Shown: positions 39,001-51,000 of the stretch, in pieces | How the letters are laid out: each line of letters begins with the position of its first letter | Numbering within the stretch: the first letter of the stretch is position 1 | From: Squalus acanthias | Lineage: Eukaryota | Direction of reading: 5' to 3' | Assembly: GCA_030390025.1 (NCBI GenBank) | Contig: CM059425.1 | Span: forward strand, 175,462,001-175,526,000 | DNA length: 64,000 nt | Translations under genes and position numbers: made by a program | The notes under the pieces: generated by a model | Databases searched by the model: none | What the model saw: only the letters and a program-made list of their open reading frames with translations | What the model was told of the DNA's origin: nothing

Positions 39001-42000
39001 AGTTGGATTGGAAAGTTTGCTTTGTGGTGGCTTTTATTTCAGCATTGTGGTCAGGAGGATGCTGTAATGGTCAGTAACAGAGGGAATGTAAAGTGTGGTA
39101 CAAATGTTGAAAGGGGAATTGGGGTTGTGTTCACTGGTACTGCAGGTGGATGATTCGGTGCCGGGTATCCCGGCAGAATGGGGCTGTCTGGGTTGCCTCC
39201 TCCTCCTCCCTCTGCTAGCAGCTTGTCCCCTCCATCTCCATGTCATGCTGCAGCCCAAGGGGGACTGGAACTAGAGTCCCCAGGACTGGGAGCAGGTGGT
39301 TTTCTCAGAGGCCTTCCTTTAAAAGCCAAAGCCTTGCAAACATCCAGCAGCACTCCCTGCACACTTTAACAACTTTTTAAATGTCTTGCACCAAGCCACT
39401 ATAATAAAATGTAAAGAAACTAGTACAAAATCAAAAATCTAAACTTACATCAAAGTTGCCTGTGTATCTTTAAGAAGCGCTGGTAGGGGTTCTGCTTTGG
39501 AGAGGGCGTTGAATGGAGCGGCGATGTCCAAAATAGCAGGTCGTGCGTCAATTCAGCGTTGCATGCTGATTGATGTCACAATCTGACTAATTATTTTTGC
39601 AGCGAGCTCAGGCAACGACAGTGCTGCTGACCTGCCCAGAATGGTAGAAGTGAGGCAGCTGCTATTTTTAAAAATCCTAAACTGGCCTTATCAGCCAAAT
39701 TTCACAGCCAATGTGTCAGCACAACCATCTGCAGCGTGAAGCTCCCTCCAAAATGGATGAACAATGTGTGTTAACCCTCAGCTTCAACAGAACATCCCTT
39801 ATTGCACCAATGTGATATTTCCATTTGTTGTGCCAGGCATTTTTGTTGTCTCTGAGATGCCAGTATCAAATTGTGTCCAGTTCTGTCCTGGCACATTGTG
39901 TGTTATTCAGTCCTTGCCTTTGCATTTAAATAAAGCCCATATATGTTTTATGTATTTCTGACACTGTGTGAAATCATAATTGTGCTGAAGTTCAAACTAC
40001 AGGTAGTGAAAATGTTCTTGAGTAGCTTAAATAGTTTACGCATGTTGCTAATATTGAGCAGCTTGCTAAAAATTTTATTTTTGTGCACAAGTTCTTCAGT
40101 GGAATTAGGAAATTTGGATGAGTGTGTCCTGGTGCAATCAGACGGTGGAGAACTAAGTCAAGAAGACAAAGAAGTTCTAAGCGTCTACCACCACAGCTTT
40201 GACGATGAGAAAGTTGACCTGGATCTAATTATGCACCTTCTTTATAACATCTTTCAAAGTTCCGATGATGGTAAGTAAGCCGTTGGCTTGAGCAACTCTT
40301 AGATTTCTTTTCAAACTGATTGTTTACCATGCTAAATTTTTGTAGCATAATTTAATTTCAGCTGCTGCATGCATTACATCTCGACCTATTTGTTCAAATT
40401 GGAATGGAGAAAATTTAGAAATATTTGAATATTACATAGAATTTACAGCACAGAAACAGGCTATTCGGCCCAACTGGTCCATGCCGGTGTTTATGCTCCA
40501 TACAAGCCTCCTCCACCCCTCTTCATCTAATTCTTATCAGCATAGCCTTCTATTCCTTTCTCCCTCGTGTTTATCTAGCTTTCCCTTAAATGCATTTATG
40601 CTATTTACCTCAACAACTACTTGCGGTAGCGAGTTCTACATTCTAGCCCCTCTCTAGGCAAAGAAGTTCCTCTTGAATTCTATATTGGATTTATTAGTGA
40701 CTATCTTATATTTATGGCCCCTAATTTTGGAATTAGGTTCCCCTTGTCCTCACCTTTCACCCCACCAGCCTCCACATTCAACGGGTCATCCTCTGTCATT
40801 TCCACCACCTTCAGCGTGATCCCACCACCAAACACATCTTCCCCTCCCCTTTCAGCATTCTGAAGGGACCACTCCCTCTGCGACACCCTGGTCCACTCCT
40901 CCACCCCCAACACCCTTTCCCCTTCCCACGGCACCATCCCGTGCAAGCGCAGGAGATGCAACACCTGCCCTTTTCCCACTGTCCAGGGCCCCAAACACTC
41001 CTTCCAGGTGAAACAGCGATTTACTTGTACTTCTTGCAATTTAGTATACTATATTCGCTGCACACGATGCGGTCTCCTCTACATTTGGGAGACCAAACGC
41101 AGATTGGGTGACCGCTTTGCGGAACACCTCCGTGCAGTCCGTAAGGGTGACCCCAAGCTTCCGGTCGCCTGACACTTTAATTCTCCGCTCCACTCCCACT
41201 CAGACCTCACCGTCCTCGGCCTCTTACACTGTTCCAACGAAGCTCAATGTAAGCTCGAGGAACAGCACCTCATCTTTCGATTAGGCACTTTACAGCCTTC
41301 TGGACTCAACATCGAGTTCAACAATTTGACTATAATCTCAGCCCCTATATATATTTTTTTCTGTTTTTTCTCTCGCATGGCAGCTGTTGATTCTGCCATT
41401 GCCATTTACACCTCATCTAGAGTCATCTTTTTTTCTTAACTTGTCCCATTACCATCTCATTTTGCGTTGCACCATCATCCCTTTTGTCTTTTAATCTCTC
41501 CTGCCTTCCAGCCTATCACAGACTTTCCTCCCCATCTCCCTTTCCCTGCCCCTACACTTGCTTAAAAATATGTTACTTCTCTAACTTTTTCCAGTTCTGA
41601 CGAAGGGTCATCGACCTGAAACATTAACTGTTTCTCTCTCCATGTTGCTGCCTGACCTGCTGAGTGTTTCCAGCATTTTCTGTTGTTGTTCCACATTTTT
41701 ATCAACTTGGGAGATCAGACAGGAAAGGATGAGTACTCATCAAAATTACAGGAATATTACTTGCATGTATCATTCAATAGGATTTAGTAGTACAATAGCA
41801 CATCACCCTGTGTTTTATAAAATTACCATGACCAAATTTTTTTAACTTTTAATGTGTCTTTACGGTTATATTTCCAGGTGCAGTTTTAATTTTTTTACCA
41901 GGATATGATGAAATTGTAGGACTCAGAGATCGCATTCTCTACGATGACAAAAGATTTGCAGATAATTCTCACAAGTAAGTTTAGAAAACATGTATCTCGT

Positions 42001-45000
42001 ACATTTTTCTGAAATAGGAAGTGAAATAAATATTTATATAATTTATAAAAACTTTTCAATGTACTATAAAATAGTGTGCATTTACACGTATGGTATATAG
42101 AAATGTGTCTTCTGTTACATACAGTAGATACTAATCAGTCAGTACTAGAACTATATATTTATCATCAAGAATGTGTTTAGCATATCCAAAAGAAAAATAC
42201 ATAACCTTTTGGGATGAAAATATTTTCCTCAATTTTTTCCCTCTTCCCAACAGCACGGTGGCATAGTGGTTAGCACTGTTGCCTCACAGCGCCAGGGACC
42301 CGGGTTCGAATCCGGCCTCGGGTGACTGTCTGTGTGGAGTTTGCACATTCTCCCCGTGTCTGCGTGGGTTTCCTCCGGGTGCTCCGGTTTCCTCCCACAG
42401 TCCAAAGATGTGCGGGTTAGGTTGATTTGGCTATGATAAATTGACCCTTCGTGTTAGGGGGGATTAAATACGTGGGGTTACGGGGATAGGGTGGGATATG
42501 TGTCGGTGCAGGCTCGATGGGCCGAAATGGCCTCTATCTGCACTGTGGGGATTCTGTGATAAAGTTTTTGTAGGTGATCGAACAGGAACCCAGGCTGACT
42601 CTCCTCCTGGGCTAAGGAAAGGAACTGAACTAATTGTAATGTTTCTACTGCCACCCTCGATGAAATCAACTAACTCAGCACAGCCACCAGGGGCGGTCTC
42701 ATCAAAACTGTTTTAAAGAAATGTAGCTTCATTCTTTGACCCTTCACTGAGTCCAGTATAAAAGACTACATGGGAATACTCTCTGGCTTTGCAATTTAAA
42801 TTTACAGTATGTTTATTGGAATTGAACGTTTGGTTGATATCCCCAAAATATTACCAACATTAGATTAAGTATACGATACACAGCACCTGTTTGGACTCTT
42901 AAATAGAAATTCAAGAATTATAAACTGAACAACTAAATTCTGGATACATAAATTTGTTCACAAAAGGTATATATATTGCATATATAATGCTAGTATCTCA
43001 GTGATTATAATGGAGTTTTGGGAATATACAGCAAATAATCAGGCATATTCAGCTGCTTTGGCAAGAATGAAGCCAGATAAAAGTTCAGAAAGATAACAGT
43101 GCATAACTTAGTCATATACAGCATATGCGATGAGTAGACAAATATCTCTTAAATACACAAAAGTAGTTGTGTAAGTGAAACTGATATAATTAATTGTTTT
43201 TGCAGATGTGCACTGGTAATATATGCATTGTAGAATTAGTATGTTCTCTTGGTGTATGTGAAAATTGTTTAAATTTAATTAACTCAAAATGCAAACTAAC
43301 ATTTAAACCATAAAAGACTTTTTCCCTCTTAGGTTACAGGTTTTCATGCTTCATTCCAACATGCAGACGTCTGACCAAAAGAAAGTGTTGAAGAACCTAC
43401 CTAGTGGAATTCGTAAAATAGTGAGCTCAAAATTATTTAAAATAAAACCACTGATTTAAGCTTTATTATTTCCTTCACTTATAGCACAATTGATTGTTCT
43501 GTCTTATTTCAGATTCTTTCCACAAATATTGCAGAGACAAGTATTACTGTCAATGATGTGGTATTTGTCATTGATTCTGGGAAAGTGAAAGAGGTAAGTT
43601 TTAATCAATGCACATCAAAATATTTCTGCAGTACTATGAACTTAGAAACACTTAATTGTTTCAATGACATTTTTGTTCCAGAAATCATTTGATGCACTAA
43701 ACTCCGTCACAATGTTAAAAATGGTATGGATTTCTAAAGCGAGTGCTGTCCAGAGGAAGGGAAGGTATAATGATTACTCAATTTTTGTGAATTTAAAGCT
43801 ATTTGTGAGAATGTAAGGAGATAGTTACTTAAGCCAAGCTGTTCAGCTATGCCATTGGCATCTACCTGACAATGTAGAAGATTGCCCAGGTATGTCTTAG
43901 CCTCAAAAAATAGGGTAAATCTAAAGCAGCCAATTACTGCTCTATTATATCCTTCCAGTCATCAGTAAAGTTATGGAAGGAGTGCCATCAAGCAAAACCT
44001 ATTCACTAATAATCTATTTATTGACGCTCAGTTTGGGTTCCGCCAGACCACTCACGTCACTGCAGCCCTGATCCAGATGTGGATGCAAGAGCTGAATGTC
44101 AGAAAAGAGGTGAGAGTAGCTGGCCTTGACATTAAGGCAGCATTAGTGGGAACGATAGCATAATGGTTATGTTACTGGAGTAATAATCCAGAGGCCCTGA
44201 CTAATGATCCGGAGTCATGAATTCAAATCTCACCATGGCAGCTGGGGAATTTCAGTTAATTAAATAAATCTTGAGTGAAAAAGCTAGTGTCAATAATGGT
44301 GACTATGAAACTACTGGACTGTCATAAAAACCCATCTGGTTCACTAATGTCCTTTAGGGAAGGAAATCTGCTGCCCTTATCTGGTCTGGCCTATATGTGA
44401 CTCCAGATCCACAGCAATGTGGTTGACTCTTAACTGCACTCTAAAATTGGCCGAGCAAACCACCAGGAAAACCTTCACCTCATGGACTGCAGAGGTTCAA
44501 GGTGGCAGCTCACCACCACCTTCTCAAGGGAAATTAAGAATGGGCAATAAATGCCTTGCCAGCAACGCCCACATCCCGTGAATGAATTAAAAAAAAAATT
44601 GGACTGTGTATGGCACCAAGGAGCACTAGCAAAATTGAAGTCTGTGGCATAGTAACAGTGGTTACATAGTAACTGTTCATAAGGAAAACCAACCAGCGGC
44701 TAGAGTCATACCTAACACAAAGGAAATTGGTTGTGGTTGTCAAAGAATGGTCATCACTACAGGAGTTTCTCAGGGAACAGTTCTCAGCACAACCATCTTC
44801 AGCTCCTTCATCAATCTCCTTCCCCCAATCTAAAGGTTAGGATTGGGGCTGTTTGCTGATAATTCCATAGTGTTCCGATCTATTCACAACTCTTCCGATA
44901 TTGAAATATATACAGAAAATGTTGGAAACACTCAGCAGTGCAGGCAGCATCTGTGAAGAGAGAAACAGAGCCACAGATGCTGTCTAACCTAAGTATTTCC

Positions 45001-48000
45001 AGCATTTTCTGTTTATATTTCAGATTTCCAGCATCCGCAGTATTTTGCTTTTTCCTCTGATAATGAGATGTGTGAAAGAGATGAATATCCGGTTCCGATC
45101 TCTGGCTGCGGTGGGGTACTGTTGCACTCGGGGTTACACTATTGTATAGTTAGATATTGGGCAGTACTGCCACACTCCTAGATGCAAGCTGCCCAGACTG
45201 CTTAAGGAAGTGACTAGCACTCAAAGAATATCAAAGCAAGACCTAAACTTGTAACACTGCTATGAAAAATATCAGTTAAAAGTTATTTTTTCCTTTGATC
45301 AGCCAGATACTGACTGATTTGAATGATTTCCAAATTTTTTTGTCTTATGAATGTTGTCTTTTGCAAAATGAAATTTTGTGGAATGTTAAATTGTTCAAAA
45401 CAAAGACAAGGATAGTTTGTCTTTTATTACTTGTTTAACTACACTGTATTCCTGTGTGTTTTTAACAGGGCAGGTCGCTGCCGACCAGGAATTTGTTTTC
45501 ACTTATTTAGTAGATTACGATTCCAAAACCTGTTAGAGTTCCAGACTCCAGAGTTGCTACGGATGCCACTGCAGGTGTGTGTTTGCTTTATTGCTCGTAT
45601 AATACTTTTTTCTAATGTATAATTGTAAATGTTTGTCATTTTCTTCTACCATAGTGTTAAATGGTGGAGTGAATTTTGAAATAAATAAGTCACCACTCTT
45701 ACAGAAGTTTTTTTTACTAGAATAGTGCAATTGAGAGAAGATGGGCACTGAAAGTTGTTTTTTTCCCTCATCTAATACATTTCATATTGGATGTGTCTGA
45801 AAGTATTAAAGCATCATTCTCACTCTGATGAATTAACTATCTGTAAAAAGACATAATAAAAATGGCTGTTCCAAACTATGGTTATGTAATTGATTAATTT
45901 GCATGTTTGTATATCCCTAGGAACTTTGCTTACATACCAAACTGCTAGCTCCAATCAATTGTCCAATTGCAGACTTTCTTGCAAAAGCACCAGAGCCCCC
46001 ACCTTCACTTATTGTTAGAAATGCTGTTCAGATGCTCAAGGTAAGAGACATTTATCATCTAATAAATGAGGAATACATTTTAAAATACAATATCAGGAAC
46101 AAATTTTGTTGCACTCATTTTCATTCTAGACTATAGATGCCATGGACAGCTGGGAAGATCTAACAGAACTCGGTTACCACTTAGCAGATCTTCCTGTGGA
46201 ACCTCATCTGGGCAAGATGGTTCTTTGTGCTGTAGTTTTGAAGTGCCTTGATCCTATTCTCACTATTGCCTGTACTCTGGCCTATCGAGATCCATTTGTT
46301 CTACCAATGCAACCTTCACAGAAGCGTGCTTCCATGTTGTGTAGAAAGCGCTTTGCTGCAGGAACGTTCAGTGATCACATGGCTCTTTTAAGAGCTTTCC
46401 AGGTGGGTTTTTTGAATTTATTTTGTGGCACCTGAATACCTTGTATTTGCGATCAGGAGTGCAGAACTTCATAGTGATGGTAATTTTTTTTAATATATCA
46501 AATTAACATTTATTTACATCACTCCATTCTGAAATTCCTGCCTTGCATATTTGAGGAAATGAACACCTGGCAGGTATATAGTGTACTGCTTTGTGAATTA
46601 AATGTAACTAGCAAGCTTATTATGAATAGTCCTCTGCCACCAGAAGAAATAGAGCTTTATCTCAATGTGTTTGGTGCGATATTGTGAAAAAGTTGGTATT
46701 CCAAGATTAATTTTAAAAAGGTAGACTGTTATGTTAATTCAGTCAGCGTTTACCAGTTTTGCCTTGATGCTCAAGTGATGGGTGTATTTTTAGATTCCCA
46801 ACCAGAAATTTGTGTTTGAGTAGCAAGGTCCCTTGCTTTTTGTGGTATATATTAATGATCTAAACTTGAATATAGGGGGTATGATTAAGAAGTTTGCAGA
46901 TGATACTAAAATCGGCTGTGTGGTTTATACTGAAGAAGGAAGCTGTAGCTTGCAGGAAGATATCAATAAATTGGTCAGGTGGGCAGAACAGTGGCAAATG
47001 GAATTCAATCCGGAGAAGTGTGAGGTAATGCATTTGGGGAGGGCTAACAAGAAAAGGGAATACACATTAAATGGTAGGACACTGAGTAGTGTAGAGGAAC
47101 AAAGGGACCTTGGAGTGCATGTCCACAGATCCCTGAAGGTAGCAGGCCAGGTAGATAAGGTGGTTAAGAAGGCATACGGAATGCTTGCCTTTATTAGCCG
47201 TGGCATAGAATACAAGAGCAGGGGGTTTATGCTTCAACTGTATAAAACACTAGTTAGGCCTCAGCTAGAGTACTGTGTGCAGTTCTGGTCACCACATTAC
47301 AGGAAAGATGTGATTGCACTAGAGAGGGTACAGAGGAGATTTACAAGGATGTTGCCGGGAGTAGAGAATCTTAGCTATGAGGAAAGACTGGATAGGCTGG
47401 GTCTGTCTTCCTTGGAACAGAGGATGCTGAGGGGAGACCTTATTGAGGTGTATAAAATTATGAGGGGCACAGATAAAGTGGATAGAAAGGACCTATTTCC
47501 CTTAGCAGAGGGGTCAAAAACCAGGGGGCACAGATTTAAAGTAATTGGTGGAAGGTTTAGAGGGGATTTGAGGGGAAATTTCTTCACCCAGAGGGTTGTG
47601 GAGGTCTGGAACTCACTGCCTGAAAGGGTGGTAGAGGCAGGAACCCTAACCACATTTAAAAAGTACTTGGATGTGCACTTGGGATGCTCTAACCTGCAGG
47701 GCTACGGACCAAGAGCTGGTAAGTGGGATTAGGCTGGATAGCTCTTTGTTGGCCGGCGCGGACACGATGGACCGAAATGTCCTCCTTCCGTGCTGTAACT
47801 TTCTATGATTCTATGAGTACCAGTGTTGCAATTTAACAGTTTGCATACCGTATTGTGGGAGTTTCATTGGTACTTAATTGGCTCACTAAATGTGGAAACA
47901 TAGTTCTCCAACTGGTTTTCATTTTTTGGGTGGGGATGCAAGGAGAGAAAACTAATGCACATTAATTTCCCTTTCTGAATAGTAATTTCTAGGTAACTGG

Positions 48001-51000
48001 AATTGATAGCAATATAACAACAACTTGCATTTATATAGCGCCTTTAACGTAGTAAAACATTCCAAGGAGAGTTATCAAACAAAATTTGACACCAAGCCAC
48101 GTAAGGAGATATTAGGACAGATGACCAAAAGCTTGGCCAAAGAGGTAGGTTTTAAGGTGCATCTTAAAGGAGGAGAGCGAGCCAGAGAGGTTTAGGGAGG
48201 GAATTCCAGAGCTGAAGGCACGACTGTTAATGATCAAGCGATTAAAATAGGGGATGTGTAAGAGTCCAGAATTGAAGGAGCACAGAGATCTCTGAGGGTT
48301 GTAGGGCTCGAGGAGGTTACAGAGATGGGAGGGGCATGGCCATGGAGAGATTGAAAACTAAGATGAGAATTTTAAAACCAAGACATTGCCGGACCGGGAG
48401 CCAATGTAGGTCAGCGAGCACAGGGGTGATGGGTGAACAGGACGTGGTGCATGTTTGGATACAGGCAGCAAAGTTTTGGATAAGCTCAAGTTTATGGAGG
48501 GTGGGATGGAAGGCCGGCCAGGAGAGCATTGAAATAGTCAAGTCTAGAGGTAACAAAGGCATGGATGATGGTTTCAGCAGCAGATGAGCTGAGAAAGAGG
48601 CAGAGATGGGTGATGTTATGGAGGTGGAAGTAGGCGGTCTTGGTGATGGAGCGGATATGTGGTCGGGAGCTCATCTTGGGATCAAATAGGACAGCAAGGT
48701 TGCGAACAGTCTGGTTCAGCCTCAGACAGTGGCCAGGAAGAGGGATGGAGTTGGTGGCTAGGGAACGGAGTTTGTGGCGGGGACTGAAAAACCATGGCTT
48801 TGGTCTTCCCAATATTAATTTGGAGGAAATTTCTGCCTATCCAGTAATGGATGTCAGATAACCAGTGTGACAAATCGGAGACTGTGAAGGGGTTGAGAGA
48901 GGTGGTGAGGAGGTGGAGCTGGGTGCCGTCAGCGTACATGTGGAACATGATGTGTTTTCGGATGATGTTGCCAAGAGGCAGCCTGTAGATGAGAAATAGG
49001 AGCGGGGCCAAGGATAGATCCTTGGGGACTCCAGAGGATATAGTCTATAGCTTAGGCACTTCTGGGAGAGGGTTTAGAGGATGGACTGAAGAGAGTGGAG
49101 TTCTGTAGTTGACGTGCAGCATAGAAATTTACAGCACCGAAGGATGCCATTTGGCTCATTAGGTCTACATTGGCTCAGTGCCAGAACAATCCAAAACTAA
49201 TCCCACTGACCTGCTTTCTGCCCGTAGCCCTGTATATATTTCTGCTTCAAATATTTATAAAATTTTTCCTTAAGATGCAATGGTCTTTGCCTCTGTCATT
49301 CCCTGTGGCCAAGCTTTCAATGCTTCAACAGTTGAGTAGAGAAATTTCTCCTAACCCCTCTATTCACTCTCTTCGTGACAATTTTAAAATGATCCCCAGG
49401 TAGAGGAAATGGTATTTCCCTACTAACCCTGTCCAAACTCTTCATAATTAAAAAAAAACCTCTCTTAAATCTCGTCTTGGGCTTCACTGGCCAGTGGAAA
49501 TAGTCCCAGTATCTCTAGTCTCTCCTCAAAACTATGTAGTTTCCCACAGAAAATGCTGGAAAAACTCAGCAGGCCAGGCAGCATCCGTGGAGAGAGAAAC
49601 AGAGTGAACGTTTCAGGTCGAAGACCTTTCGTCAGAAAGGTCTTCGACCTGAAACGTTAACTCTGTTTCTCTCTCCATGGATGCTGCCTGGCCTGCTGAG
49701 TTTTTCCAGCGTTTTCTGTGTTATTTTGGATTTCTAGCATCCGCAGTATTTTGCTATTGTATAGTTTCCCATCTATGCTATCATCCTGGTAAATTTATGC
49801 TCTGTGCTCTTTATGACTTTAATGTCTGTGCAGAGTCCTCTAACTGTGGCATAATCATTGCCTTGTACAAATTTATCGTAAGCTCCTTGCTTTTCTATCC
49901 TATTTCCCGCGCCCCCCCCCCCCCCCCCCCCAACTGCTATTTGTGAAACCCAAAATGCTGTTTGCCTTTTTTTGGCTTCACCTAACTGCACTTGCACCTT
50001 CAGGGGAGTGATCTATTTTAATCCCTTGTGTCTCTTTTCATCCATACCCTCTATTACGTGTATACTCCCCTCCTTTGTTTTTCCTCTTCACGTATTGACC
50101 TCACACTTTGCCACATTAAATTGCACCTGCTACCTGTCTATGCTCTTCTGATGTCTTTACAGTCCAAGTCATTTATATACACTTAAGAAAAGTGGACCCA
50201 GCACCTATTAGCTGTAACCTTGTTTCCTGTCCAAAATCAACTTCTATTGTGCTGCTACATTTCCTCTATATAGCATATTTTGTTGTTACAAGCCTTCTGA
50301 GACACTTTATAGAATTGTGTACATTCTCATTATCCATTCAGTTGTGGTTAACTTGTTGTAACTATGGCTAGTCTTTACATATCTATTTCTATTTCTATTC
50401 TTCTGATCACTGTTTTAAAGTGTTTAATCGTCTAATTGAGGTCTTGAAGGAGTAGATAGAAGTATTGGAGAGCAGGCTTATTTTACTAATAGGGTTCAGT
50501 AAATGTGAATGGTTCAGTGATAATTTATGTTGAATGAGACAGCTGAAAGGACCAGCTATGCTTAGGGAAATGGGAGAAGACCGGAGAGAAATTGGGTAAC
50601 AGTAAGGAGAAGCTTTAGGCCAAGTGAAAGGATCAGTGGCATAATCCGGAGATCATACAAAGGTGTTACATGGAGAAGATGGGAAATGAAGGACTTGGTG
50701 CAGTTTAAAGAAATGAGGGAGAAAGCAGAGGTGTGGCAGGAGATTTGGTGAGATATGTTGACTTTTGGTGAGGCTAGTATAGCAGTTTCTTTCTACTAGG
50801 TATAGTGATTTGGAACATTGTGACTTTGAATAAAATTGTGCAAGAAATGGGATATTGGTGGCTGTTACACATATGGTGATAAATGGCATGAGAGCGAAAG
50901 AGTTGGAGATGCTCAAAAGTAGGTCTAGGCATCTTGTCATGAAATTGAAGGAACATTGCGTGAAGTTATGCATTTTCCATGTTATTAGCCTTTGGTAAAG

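Noticed and set aside
42250..42320. tRNA gene (also 12590, 56023)
   Set aside because: The A/B boxes continue into SINE bodies and tails.
42572..42700. Ancient SINE fragment / CTCF-like CCACCAGGGGCG
   Set aside because: Family not assignable with confidence, and the motif is one G short of consensus.
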